The notes below the pieces were generated by a model that was not told where the DNA came from, made no database searches, and worked only from the letters and a program-made list of their open reading frames with translations. From positions 2,878 to 66,877 of the forward strand of contig CALWGY010000005.1 in NCBI GenBank assembly GCA_944380265.1: a stretch of DNA of 64,000 nucleotides. Reading direction: 5' to 3'. This document shows, piece by piece, positions 48,077 to 58,403 of the stretch (positions are counted from its first letter, which is position 1; each line of letters starts with the position of its first letter). The position numbers and the translations under genes are program-made. Source of the stretch: an uncultured Clostridia bacterium (GTDB lineage Bacteria; Bacillota; Clostridia; Christensenellales; UBA1242).

Positions 48077-51000
48077 ATGAAAAAAGTGAAAAATTGGAAA
48101 ATTCTATCAGTTTTATTTTTAGGGTTTGTGGCAACCATGTTCATGGTTGGCTGTTCTTGTTCACCTAAAAAAGTTAATCCAACACAAATTTCGGCAAATG
48201 TTACCGAAAAAATTATGTTTGTTGGAGACACATTAGACATTAAGTATAACATTAGCCCAGTAAATTCATCAAACTGCAAGGTTGATGTTACTGTTAGCAA
48301 ACCAGATGTTGTTTCGCTTAGTGCAACAAGTTTTGACGCTGCGGAAGGAACATTAACCGTAACAGCACTTTTGGTTGACACGGAAGGGGTTAACATAACT
48401 TTCACAATTAACGGAACAAACCTTCAAACTTCCACACTTGTTAAGGTTTATCCAGACCCTGTTAAATTAAACACAGTTTCTGGCGTTGATTTTAGCGGTG
48501 ACTCTAATCAAATAAGTTTTAAAAATGTTGCAAACACAAAAAACTATGTTGTTAACATTGATGGTATCGATTACAGTGTTACCGACCCAAGCGATTTAAG
48601 CAGTGAACACTTTGTAACTTTTCCAATTTTTAACGACCAAGTTCCACTTGCTTTAAACGAAGGGCACATTGTTAAGGTTAAAGCAGTTGGCGATGGAATT
48701 TCATATTCCGATGGTGAATATAGCACCGAATTTAAGTTTATTAAATATGCACCAGTTGAAAACATTACAGCAAACAACGGTGTTGTTAGTTGGGACGCAC
48801 ACAGCCTTGCAAACAGATATGCAATTAAGGTTAACGGACAACCTCAGGTTGGGTTTGTGTTAACTAATTCCTACACAATTAATGCAGATGAAGCAAAAGA
48901 ATATAGCATTGAAATTGCCGCATGCAACACCGAACTTTACGACTTGCAAGGTTTTAAAATTTACAATTCAACCTACTCCACTCCATATGTTGTTACAAAA
49001 CTTGAAACACCAGTGTTAAGTTTGAACAACGAAAAAATGGTGGACGGAAAAATTGGCAACAGCGTTATAACATTTCCACAAGTTAGCGGAGCAACAGGTT
49101 ATAAAATTAAAGTTAGCCCAATGGTGGGTGGCCAAAGCGAATTTGAAGTTTTAACCAACGAATTTGAAATTGATGATAAATTTTTGGTGGACACAAACTA
49201 CACCATTGAAGTTGAAGCAATGGGCGACCCAGCAAACACAATTATGGGTGAAAGTTCAAGCATAATCGTAAAAAAATTGGGTGTTACTGATAATTTTGTT
49301 ATTGCTAACAACAAACTAACCTTTAATGGAATTTTAAGTGCAAGCAAATATGAAGTTGTTTTAACAGGTGTAAATGGAACACAAACCATAACCACCACCC
49401 AAACAACAGTTGACTTGGCAGAAAACCTAACAGTTAGTGGCACATATGCAATTTCTGTTAGAGCATTGGGGCTTGTAACCGATGCGATTAACATTGCAAA
49501 TGGTGTGCTAGTTGACACCACAAAAACCATAACAAAACTTGCAGACGTTGTGGTAACAGGTGTAAGTAACAGCGGAGTTGTTAGTTGGAACGCAGTTGAT
49601 GGCACAACCACATATGCTGTTTATTTGAACAACAACTATGTTTCAAATGCAACTGGAACAAGTTATGGACTTAATTTTGAAGAATTAAAAGAAGGAAGCA
49701 ACACAGTTAAAGTTGTTGCAGTTGGCGATGGTGTTCAAACAATTTCAAGCGGATTAAGCAGCGCAACGGCTTACACATTTAACAAACTTGGAATGGTAAC
49801 AAATGCCACTGTTACAAACGACATTCTAACTTTCACAGGTGTTAGCGGTGCAATTAATTATCGTGTTAAAGTTAATTCTGGTGAATACAAATTAATTGGT
49901 AACAACCCAGAAAATCAACAATATTCTTTAAGTGGACTTAGTGAAATTGTTGATGGTGTTAACCAAATATACATAATTGCAGATGGTGACGATGTTAAAA
50001 ACATTTCATCAAACCCAGCAATATTTTCGGTTTCAAGATTAAATGCTCCAACAAATTTAAGAGTTGAAGGCGGTGTTTTAACTTGGGACCAAGTTGAAAA
50101 TGTTCAATATAAAGTTTATGTTGGCGACAACACCGAAGGCGTTTTGGTGGACGGAAACACATTTGCAAACTTTGAAAAAGTTGGCGAACAACAAGTTGTT
50201 AAAGTTAAAGCGTTCCCAAAAGAAGGAAGTTACATTAGCAGTAATTTTGCATCAAAGAACATAATAAAATTAAATTCTGTTAACACAGAAACAATAAAAA
50301 CTCAAAGTGCTGGCGAAAACTTTGAACTATCAAACTACAAACTTTCGTGGGGTGTTGTAAGTGGTGCAACCGCATACAATTTGCAAATTTATGGCGAAAG
50401 CAACCCCGATGAAATTTTGAATTATAACAACATTTCAGGCACTGAATTTTTAATTCCAGAAAATTATGCGGCAGACAATTATATTGTTAAAATAACCGCT
50501 GTGGGTGACACACAAAACACTGATGGTGTGGGTTATGTTAACTCAGAGCAAAGCACATTTAATTTTAGAAAACTTGGCAAACCTAGCGAACTAAAAGTTT
50601 CAAACAACAAACTTGTTTGGAGCATTCCGGCAAACGATAATCCAAATGGATACATGTTAGAAATAACATATAATGAAGAAAAAGAATATGTTACAATTGG
50701 TCCAGAAATTGGTTATAGTTTTGATTTAACAAAATATCAGTTACAAGATATTTCGGTTAAAGTTAGAAGTTTAGGAAACGAAACAAATTTGGTTACTGGT
50801 GTTTATTCCGATGCAAAGGTTATAAACAGAATTTCAAGTGTAACAAACTTAAAAATAACCAATGGTGTTATTACTTGGGATGTTCACTCAACTGCTGGTG
50901 CAACCTATCAAGTTTTTGTTAGTGCAACACCAGATGATGAAAACAGTTTTAATCAAGTTTCGGCAACCATAACACAAAACGACACACAAGTTATGTGCGT

Positions 51001-54000
51001 AATTCCAAGTTTGGAAAGTGGAGTTAAATATGGTGTTAAAGTTGTTGCAGTTATTGATGGATTACTTTATTCTGCACCATCAAGCGTGCTAAAAATAACA
51101 AAACTTCCAATAATTAGCAATTTTGCCATTGCAAATGGAACATTTAGTTGGCAACAAGTTGCAAACGCAACAAAATATGTTGTTGAAGATAGTTTAGGAA
51201 ACAAGCAAGAAACAACAGGCACTTCATTAAGTTTTGAACTATTTAACAAAACAATTAGTGGCGATTATGTGTTCACTGTTTATGCAGTTGGAAGTGCCGA
51301 TGAAAGTGCAGACGGATTTGTTAATGGTTCAAAAACAACAAACACCGTAACTGTTACAATTTTATCTGCACCAAACAGTGCAGTTATTGCAAATAACATT
51401 TTAACAATAACCAACACAAACGCCAAAAAACCTGAAAAATACAGAATAGAATTTTCAAAGGGCGAAGGCGAAGTTGTTGTTTTAGAAACCGAAAATTTGG
51501 TTATTGATTTAAATAATGTAAATCTTTCATATGGTGCTGGCACTTATGAAATTAGCATTTATTCACTTGGTAACAACCTAAACTTAATAACCAGCCCAAC
51601 ACCACTAAAACTTTCAGGTGTTGAAAAAATTGATGAAACCAATTTGGGGCTTATGGTTGTTAATGGTGTTATAACATGGAACTATGATGCAAACAAAAAA
51701 TTTGATGTTTATGTTGATGGTGTTTTAACTGAACAAAACCTTGCAACAAACAGTGTTGTGCTTAACAACATTGAAAAAGGCAGAGATTACACTATTAACA
51801 TTGTTGCAAAACAAGATGGAAAAATAAACAGTGCAAAAAGCCCAAATTTAACAGTTCACAAACTACCAGATGTTCAAAACTTTTCAATTAGTGAATCGTT
51901 AAAAAATGAACACACAAGCGAAACCGAGTATTTGTTTACATGGACAACTTTTGGCTCTGAATATACAAGTGAAAATTCAGATAAATTTGCATACGAAGTT
52001 GTTGCAGTAACACCAATTGAACCTTTTGATGGCAGCACCGAAAATGGTTTAGCAAATGTTAAAGCATTTAATTATGGCACAAACATTAGCGGAAACTATT
52101 CATTCAACATTAGGGCAAAAGGACTTGGCGAACAAACAGGATTTGGATATTTGAATGGCGATACACTTGAAAATCCATTAAATGTTACAATTTTAAAACC
52201 GCTAGTGTTCACAGCATATAATCGTGAAACAAACAGCATAACATTTGAAAATGCAAACCTAAATGCATCAGGCATTAAAATTGCATATGAAAAAGTTGGC
52301 GAAAATGATGAACCTAACGAGTTTGTTCACACAGCATTAATTAGTGGTGGCGAAACAAGTTTTGTTTTGGATTATCCAGACACATTAACTCCTGGAATTT
52401 ATAATGTTTACTTTAATGCATTAGGCGATTATAAAAATGGAATTTTAATGAGTTCTAATATTGTTAAACATACCATTGAACTACTTTCAGCGCCAACCAA
52501 TGTTAGAATGGAAAAGGGTTACATAAATTGGACTCATGATGGTGGCGAAGGAATTTATTATCAAATTTATATTGATGGAAATTTGGTTTCTTACACCACA
52601 CAAGTTCCAAGCGTTGATGACCCAGAAACAATGGAAGAGCAAGTTGTTAACAAATTTGCAAATGCGGAAGAAGCACGCGTTGTTAACGACTTAATAACCG
52701 ACACAGATCTTCACAGAATAACAATTAAAACCATAAAAGATGGTGCAATTGATAGCAAAGCAAGCGAACAACTTTCGGCTTATAAACTTGCAAGCACAAC
52801 AGATGCCAGATTTAATGATTACAAACTATATTGGTCCAGCATTCCAAACGCGCAAGGTTATGTTGTTCGTTGTGCAAACGCGGACATGAGCACAATATTT
52901 GGTGATAGTTATAATGCTGAATATAATGGAATTTATGTTAATGGAGTAAATGGTGGTCAAGGCGGATTAACATTGCCACTTGGCATTCCTAGCGGAAGTT
53001 ACGGTTTTTATGTTGTGGCAATTGGTTCAACTGGCGATAACACAAATGCACGATATTTAACTGGTGGAAATGGAAACACTGCACCAATAACAATTATTAG
53101 CAACGTTACAAATGTTGGAACCAGAAGTGGCATTATTGTTTGGGATGCTGCAATAAATGCAAAAAATTATAAGGTTGAAGTGTTTGAAGGCGAAACCGTT
53201 ACAGAAGAAAGTTCTTCACAAAGTTTTTATGTTAACACAAACCAAGCAAGTTTGGAAGCCGACACTTATGCAAGCGGATTTTATGTTGTTAGAATTTGGG
53301 CACAAGGCGACGGACAAACAACACTTAATGCAAGTTTAAGTGAAATTGCCGAAATAAAGGTTTACAAAGCACCAAAACCAAACGACTTTAAAATTAGAGA
53401 TGGTTTTATTAGTTGGGCAATTCCACTTGATGACCCATATTTGTTAATGTTAAATGGTGGCACAGAATACAACAGCGAAACAAGGGGAGGATTGTTACTT
53501 GCTGCACAAGGCAGCCCTGATGCCGACATGGCAATGAGCAGCAATTTGGCACATTTTAGAACACTAGAAGTAACAATTAACAACAAGGTTTATAAAGACC
53601 AAGTTCCATATTCAATTGAATTTGATAGAACTTATGAAAACCTAATTTACTCATATGATTTCAATTTCACACAAATTGCAAATCCATATTCTGTTTCGGT
53701 TAGATTTATTGGCGGAACAACTGCTGGAAGTGAAGAACCAGAAGAACCAATCGACCCAGAAAAACCAACCGAACCAGAAACACAATTGGCTATGGTTTTG
53801 GCAGATGAAAATGAAGAACCGGGAACAGAGCCAGAACCACCACAAATTGAATACTATAATGTGTTAAATGGTAACTATTCAGTTTCAGTTACAGGTTACA
53901 AATTGGCAGCACCAGAGTCTCCACTAACAAGTGTGGGAACAATGGTTTATAACGATAATTTGTATTTTTCAAAAGTTTATGTTGAAGGTTTTGATGTTAA

Positions 54001-57000
54001 CTATTTAATAACAGCACAATGTGCCGACACATCAAGGCCAACAATAAAATTTAGAGTTGATGAAAGCAACAAAAGCAAATATGAAGCAACTGTTTCAGAT
54101 GCTGTTGGCGGTTCAAGCAATTCAGTTTATAAAGTTCCAGTTGCCGATTTAGGGATTGAAACTGGTCAAATTTACACACTAACAGTTAGAGCACTTGGCA
54201 CACCAGATTCTGCATTAAGCACAGGTAACAGTTATTTAACAAGCTATTACGACCACAGTGCAGAAGTGGAAATGTTAGCAACACCATCTGTTTTAATTAG
54301 AGATGGCTTAATAACATTCTCCGACATTGCAACATCAATAAACCAAGTTTTAAGAATTTGGAGCACAAGCATTGGTTCAACATTCAACGAAAACTTGGCA
54401 AATGAAGCCGAAGGCATTTACGCAGAAGAAATTGTTATTGACAGAAACACAATTGGTGAAAATCCATTCATAACAATTAATACAGATGGTTTGTTCCAAT
54501 ATTCATTAATTAACAACCCATTGTTCCCAGCAGCAGATTCATATTATGTTACATGTGAAGCAGTTGGAAATGGGGTTAACAAAATTTCCTCTGGCGAATC
54601 ATCAAACAAGACGGTTTACAAACTAAACAAAATTAATGGTTTAGGTTTGTCGGGTGGAAAATTCAAATGGGATGCTGTAACATACAACAATAATGGCGTT
54701 CAGTTTACTGCAAACCACTATATGTTAATAATAACCGCAAGGCTATATGAATCAAAAGACACTTACTTAACACAAACAATTTATGTTAACAAAGAAGATG
54801 TTATTTCCGATGATGGAATTGCATGTTATTATGACTTATCTTCACTAGAATTTCCAGCAACCAACGAAAATGGTGATAGGCTAGAATATTCAATTGAAGT
54901 TTCTGCATGCGGAACACTTTCTTCGGAAGATAACAACACATATAGTTCCAGATTGGTTGTTAGTGGCGACACTCAAACATCACAATATTACAGACGATTG
55001 TTAGCACCACAAGATGTTAAAATGGTTAACGGAATTTTAACTTGGTTGCAAGTTGATGGAGCAAGCAAATATGAAGTTTACTTGCTAGATTCCGAACTTG
55101 ATGAAAACGGACAAGAACTTGGAAGTTACGGAATTATTACTGATGGAAACTATCGACAATTAACATTTAATGGAAGTCAGTTTGCATCAAATGCCGTAAT
55201 GAATTTAAGAATTAGAGCAATTCCTGGAAGTTTAACCGAAGAATTCTTAAATGGTGAATTTAGCCCAGAAGTTTTAGCAAAAAAATTGGAAGTTCCAAAT
55301 TTAAGAGTTGTTGATGGTGTTATTAAATGGAACAACACCGACTTAAATTATGCAATTGCAACAGGAACAACAGTTAAAATTACAAAACTAGACAACAAAG
55401 ATAGCGAAACAGGAACAGTTATTTTTGAAAGTTCATTAGTTGACATTTCCGACCCAATGAACACAGATGCAGGTTATGACCTAACCGGTCTAGATTCCGA
55501 ACTTGGTTCAGGTTGGTACAAAGTTGAAGTTAGTTATGTTGGTTCAAACGGATATGTAACCATTCCGGGCAGTGGGGATAATGAACCTTCTGGTGGTGAA
55601 GGTGAAGAAGGTGGTGAAGAAGGTGGTGAAGAAGGTGGCGAAGTTGTAACACTTGCAGAAGGCGATGAAACAACCGAACCAGAGCCAGAACCAGAACCTG
55701 AGCCAGAACCAGAGCCTGAACCAGAACCAATTTATTATTGTTGGTTTAGTTCAGATTCAGTTTCAATGGTTGTTTACAAACTTCCAACACCAAAAGCTGA
55801 GTTATATATTAACAACAGCGATGAAAACCCAGCAAACTACATTTCTGTTGAAGCAGTTGAAAATGCAAGGTATTATAGTTTCACAGCTGTAAAATATTCA
55901 GAAGATGGCGGGTCAATTGTTAAAACTCACACATTTGAAAAATATCAAATTAATTCAACACAAGATTATTTTGAAACTCAAATAATAGAAGATAAAACTT
56001 ACATATTGTTTAATTTGCAAGCTGTTGCAGATTTAGATGCATTAATTCCAGACCAACCAAATCCATTTGGACAACAATTCTCAATTTATGTTCAAGTGTT
56101 TGGTATTGACAGAACATACGATTATGATTTGGAAACAATTTATGCAATAAGCAACGAATCTAATTATGTTGCAGTTGAAGTTCCAATAACTCCAACAAAC
56201 TTGGTTGTAAACTCTGTTAGTGGTTTAATTTCTTGGACAAACAGTTCAAACAACACAAAAACAAGAATTAGAATTTACTATAACAACAGCGAAATACCAA
56301 CAATTTACACTGTTAATGAAGGTGTTAACACATTCAAACTTGAAACAATTGGCTCATTTAACGTTAGCGTTTTAAGTTACATAACAGCATCTAACGGAAT
56401 TGAAATTTCTTCAAGCTACACCGAACCAGTAACTGGAACATTTGCAATATTTAACAGTGGTAGCGGAAAACAGGAAGATCCATACATTCTTACTGAATCT
56501 GAACACTTACTAAACATTGACTACTATCCAGATAGTTACTATGAACTTGGAAACACAATCACATTAAAAGATTCCAACCTTGAAAACATTGATGGATTCT
56601 TAATTGGCAAATCTGGCGGAACATTTAATGGAACAATTGATGGAAAAGGCTTTGCAATTAAAAACTTACAATTTGCTTACAATGCAAGCCAAATTGCAAT
56701 GATTAAGGAAATTGGACAAAGCGGTGTTGTTAAAAACTTAGAAGTTGGCATAAAAACTGGCACAAACAGATATTTGGCAACCACATTTGCAGGCATTGCC
56801 CTTACAAACCGTGGAACAATTTCTAATGTAACAACCACAAAATTAACTGAACATAATGGCGATGGTGAAGTTGTTTACTCACCAACAAACAACCAAAGAG
56901 TTTCAGGTTTTGTAGATGAAAACTATGGAACAATAACCAGAGCAGTTAACAACATGATTTTGGGTTACCAAGGAAGTGGTAGCCAAGGAATGAACACAAT

Positions 57001-57637
57001 TGTTGCAGGTTTGGTTGCAAGAAACTACGGTCAAATAACACAAAGTGCAAACACAGCAAGTTTGAAAGGAACACTTGTTGGCGGACTTGTTCAAGGAAAC
57101 TTTGGAACAATTTCTGAATGTTACAATGTGGGCGCAATTAGTGCTGTGTCGGTTAACACAAATGTTCAAGCACAAGGTGCAGGAATTGCTCTTTCCAACC
57201 TAACACAGGGTTCATATTCCGGAAAGATTGAAAAATGTTATGCAATTTTAAGCAGCTTTGTTGTAACTGGTGTTTCAGGATCAACAAATGCACCAATTGC
57301 AGGTGGAATTGTTGCAAACAATGGTTCACAAGTTATGTCTAATTGCTATGTTGCAATAACAAATGCAATTACCACTTCAAGTGGAACAAGAGTTGGTGCT
57401 TTGGTTGGTATGGATAACAGAGGCAACTTTGCAACATATTACACAGATAACTATTATTATTTGGCAAGTGGAACACTAGGAAGTTTGGGAACCAGCGGAA
57501 CAGAAATTGCAACCAAAGCGTCAAACAAAAACGATTTGGTTACAACCTTAACTGCAAACTTTGGCGAAATTTATGTTTACGACACTCAAAACATTAATAA
57601 TGGCTTCCCAATATTTGCTTGGCAAGTACAAAATTAA
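48077..57637 (+). CDS. Giant (3186 aa) cell-surface protein: lipoprotein-like signal, more than 20 FN3/Ig-like modules, Pro/Glu linkers, and a C-terminal GLUG-motif-like domain
   Basis: Signal MKKVKNWKILSVLFLGFVATMFMVGCSCS. A module signature recurs roughly every 90-100 aa (e.g. NGVVSWDAHSLANRYAIKVNG, SGVVSWNAVDGTTTYAVYLNN, GGVLTWDQVENVQYKVYVGD, NGILTWLQVDGASKYEVYLLD). The C-terminus contains GTFNGTIDGKGFAIKNL followed by repeats AGLVARNYGQI, GGLVQGNFGTISECYN and GGIVANNGSQVMSNCYV. Confidence 0.85.
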   Translation: MKKVKNWKILSVLFLGFVATMFMVGCSCSPKKVNPTQISANVTEKIMFVGDTLDIKYNISPVNSSNCKVDVTVSKPDVVSLSATSFDAAEGTLTVTALLVDTEGVNITFTINGTNLQTSTLVKVYPDPVKLNTVSGVDFSGDSNQISFKNVANTKNYVVNIDGIDYSVTDPSDLSSEHFVTFPIFNDQVPLALNEGHIVKVKAVGDGISYSDGEYSTEFKFIKYAPVENITANNGVVSWDAHSLANRYAIKVNGQPQVGFVLTNSYTINADEAKEYSIEIAACNTELYDLQGFKIYNSTYSTPYVVTKLETPVLSLNNEKMVDGKIGNSVITFPQVSGATGYKIKVSPMVGGQSEFEVLTNEFEIDDKFLVDTNYTIEVEAMGDPANTIMGESSSIIVKKLGVTDNFVIANNKLTFNGILSASKYEVVLTGVNGTQTITTTQTTVDLAENLTVSGTYAISVRALGLVTDAINIANGVLVDTTKTITKLADVVVTGVSNSGVVSWNAVDGTTTYAVYLNNNYVSNATGTSYGLNFEELKEGSNTVKVVAVGDGVQTISSGLSSATAYTFNKLGMVTNATVTNDILTFTGVSGAINYRVKVNSGEYKLIGNNPENQQYSLSGLSEIVDGVNQIYIIADGDDVKNISSNPAIFSVSRLNAPTNLRVEGGVLTWDQVENVQYKVYVGDNTEGVLVDGNTFANFEKVGEQQVVKVKAFPKEGSYISSNFASKNIIKLNSVNTETIKTQSAGENFELSNYKLSWGVVSGATAYNLQIYGESNPDEILNYNNISGTEFLIPENYAADNYIVKITAVGDTQNTDGVGYVNSEQSTFNFRKLGKPSELKVSNNKLVWSIPANDNPNGYMLEITYNEEKEYVTIGPEIGYSFDLTKYQLQDISVKVRSLGNETNLVTGVYSDAKVINRISSVTNLKITNGVITWDVHSTAGATYQVFVSATPDDENSFNQVSATITQNDTQVMCVIPSLESGVKYGVKVVAVIDGLLYSAPSSVLKITKLPIISNFAIANGTFSWQQVANATKYVVEDSLGNKQETTGTSLSFELFNKTISGDYVFTVYAVGSADESADGFVNGSKTTNTVTVTILSAPNSAVIANNILTITNTNAKKPEKYRIEFSKGEGEVVVLETENLVIDLNNVNLSYGAGTYEISIYSLGNNLNLITSPTPLKLSGVEKIDETNLGLMVVNGVITWNYDANKKFDVYVDGVLTEQNLATNSVVLNNIEKGRDYTINIVAKQDGKINSAKSPNLTVHKLPDVQNFSISESLKNEHTSETEYLFTWTTFGSEYTSENSDKFAYEVVAVTPIEPFDGSTENGLANVKAFNYGTNISGNYSFNIRAKGLGEQTGFGYLNGDTLENPLNVTILKPLVFTAYNRETNSITFENANLNASGIKIAYEKVGENDEPNEFVHTALISGGETSFVLDYPDTLTPGIYNVYFNALGDYKNGILMSSNIVKHTIELLSAPTNVRMEKGYINWTHDGGEGIYYQIYIDGNLVSYTTQVPSVDDPETMEEQVVNKFANAEEARVVNDLITDTDLHRITIKTIKDGAIDSKASEQLSAYKLASTTDARFNDYKLYWSSIPNAQGYVVRCANADMSTIFGDSYNAEYNGIYVNGVNGGQGGLTLPLGIPSGSYGFYVVAIGSTGDNTNARYLTGGNGNTAPITIISNVTNVGTRSGIIVWDAAINAKNYKVEVFEGETVTEESSSQSFYVNTNQASLEADTYASGFYVVRIWAQGDGQTTLNASLSEIAEIKVYKAPKPNDFKIRDGFISWAIPLDDPYLLMLNGGTEYNSETRGGLLLAAQGSPDADMAMSSNLAHFRTLEVTINNKVYKDQVPYSIEFDRTYENLIYSYDFNFTQIANPYSVSVRFIGGTTAGSEEPEEPIDPEKPTEPETQLAMVLADENEEPGTEPEPPQIEYYNVLNGNYSVSVTGYKLAAPESPLTSVGTMVYNDNLYFSKVYVEGFDVNYLITAQCADTSRPTIKFRVDESNKSKYEATVSDAVGGSSNSVYKVPVADLGIETGQIYTLTVRALGTPDSALSTGNSYLTSYYDHSAEVEMLATPSVLIRDGLITFSDIATSINQVLRIWSTSIGSTFNENLANEAEGIYAEEIVIDRNTIGENPFITINTDGLFQYSLINNPLFPAADSYYVTCEAVGNGVNKISSGESSNKTVYKLNKINGLGLSGGKFKWDAVTYNNNGVQFTANHYMLIITARLYESKDTYLTQTIYVNKEDVISDDGIACYYDLSSLEFPATNENGDRLEYSIEVSACGTLSSEDNNTYSSRLVVSGDTQTSQYYRRLLAPQDVKMVNGILTWLQVDGASKYEVYLLDSELDENGQELGSYGIITDGNYRQLTFNGSQFASNAVMNLRIRAIPGSLTEEFLNGEFSPEVLAKKLEVPNLRVVDGVIKWNNTDLNYAIATGTTVKITKLDNKDSETGTVIFESSLVDISDPMNTDAGYDLTGLDSELGSGWYKVEVSYVGSNGYVTIPGSGDNEPSGGEGEEGGEEGGEEGGEVVTLAEGDETTEPEPEPEPEPEPEPEPEPIYYCWFSSDSVSMVVYKLPTPKAELYINNSDENPANYISVEAVENARYYSFTAVKYSEDGGSIVKTHTFEKYQINSTQDYFETQIIEDKTYILFNLQAVADLDALIPDQPNPFGQQFSIYVQVFGIDRTYDYDLETIYAISNESNYVAVEVPITPTNLVVNSVSGLISWTNSSNNTKTRIRIYYNNSEIPTIYTVNEGVNTFKLETIGSFNVSVLSYITASNGIEISSSYTEPVTGTFAIFNSGSGKQEDPYILTESEHLLNIDYYPDSYYELGNTITLKDSNLENIDGFLIGKSGGTFNGTIDGKGFAIKNLQFAYNASQIAMIKEIGQSGVVKNLEVGIKTGTNRYLATTFAGIALTNRGTISNVTTTKLTEHNGDGEVVYSPTNNQRVSGFVDENYGTITRAVNNMILGYQGSGSQGMNTIVAGLVARNYGQITQSANTASLKGTLVGGLVQGNFGTISECYNVGAISAVSVNTNVQAQGAGIALSNLTQGSYSGKIEKCYAILSSFVVTGVSGSTNAPIAGGIVANNGSQVMSNCYVAITNAITTSSGTRVGALVGMDNRGNFATYYTDNYYYLASGTLGSLGTSGTEIATKASNKNDLVTTLTANFGEIYVYDTQNINNGFPIFAWQVQN
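55592..55729 (+). repeat. In-frame coding tandem repeats: (GGTGGTGAAGAA)-type Gly-Gly-Glu-Glu units and 9 x (GAR CCN) Glu-Pro units
   Basis: The translation reads GGEGEEGGEEGGEEGGE ... EPEPEPEPEPEPEPEPEP. The Glu-Pro run spans 55676-55729. Confidence 0.9.
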
Positions 57638-57700
57638 TTAAAATATTTGTTAAATAGTGTTTAAAAGCATATAATAATAATGTTAAAAAACTTAGAATTA

Positions 57701-57724
57701 AAACGTGGACAAAACTCCACGTTT
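57701..57724 (+). other. Hairpin between the giant gene and sipW (weak terminator or attenuator candidate)
   Basis: AAACGTGGA-CAAAAC-TCCACGTTT followed only by TTAAATT, which is a poor U-tract. Confidence 0.35.
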
Positions 57725-57761
57725 TAAATTAAGTTTTAAAATTTTTTGGAAAAAGTGAAAA

Positions 57762-58262
57762 ATGGAAAAAGATATTTACAAAAGAAAAAACAAGGCACTA
57801 AAAATCACGTTAATAGTTATTAAAAACATTTGTTTAGCACTGCTTATAACATTGGTTTTTGCTTTTGCAACTGGTTTTAAATTTTTAAACATTTTAACTG
57901 GTTCCATGACACCAACAATGCCAAAAGATACAGTTATCATTATTAAAAAAATCCCAATAAGTCAAGTTGAAATTGGTGATGTTATAACATTCAAAATGGG
58001 AGATAGTAACGTTACACACCGAGTGGTGGATATTAAGGGTAATGGTAATCATATTGCATTAGTTACTCGAGGCGATGCTGCAGATGGAAATGACCAAAAT
58101 GTTACTGTGGAAAACCCAGTAAATCCTGCACAAAATAAATTTGTTGGAGTGGTTATTTTTCACATACCATATTTGGGTGTGCTATTAAACCTTATTAAAG
58201 ACAACATAATAATAATAACTGTGTGCATTGTGCTTGCTTTGTTTATAATAACTTATAGTTAA
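57762..58262 (+). CDS. sipW: SipW-type (S26B, archaeal/ER-like) signal peptidase I
   Basis: N-terminal TM, ILTGSMTPTMPKDTVIIIKK (catalytic Ser), ITFKMGDSNVTHRVVD (His), TRGDAADGND, and a C-terminal TM. Confidence 0.8.
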   Translation: MEKDIYKRKNKALKITLIVIKNICLALLITLVFAFATGFKFLNILTGSMTPTMPKDTVIIIKKIPISQVEIGDVITFKMGDSNVTHRVVDIKGNGNHIALVTRGDAADGNDQNVTVENPVNPAQNKFVGVVIFHIPYLGVLLNLIKDNIIIITVCIVLALFIITYS

Positions 58263-58403
58263 ACATAATTTTGCAAATAATATTAGAGGGTTTATGGTTT
58301 AATTACTATATACTCTCTTTTTTTAATTTTGCTTTAAATATAATTGCTTTACAAAAAAACAAAAAAAACGTAAAATTACAATAAGGAAAAGTGTGCTAAA
58401 AAA

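Noticed and set aside
55592-55729. Short tandem repeats that might superficially suggest a CRISPR array or a non-coding microsatellite.
   Set aside because: The units are 6-12 nt, contiguous, have no spacers, are in frame and encode Gly/Glu and Glu-Pro linkers inside the giant ORF.
48046-57175. Numerous ORFs of 60-137 aa on the minus strand or in alternative frames inside the giant gene (e.g. 48046-48405, 49198-49611, 51280-51543, 55530-55730, 56903-57175).
   Set aside because: They are fully nested in a 9.56-kb uninterrupted frame with coherent repeat architecture and have no independent start signals. The 55530-55730 ORF is just the complement of the Glu-Pro / Gly-Glu repeats.
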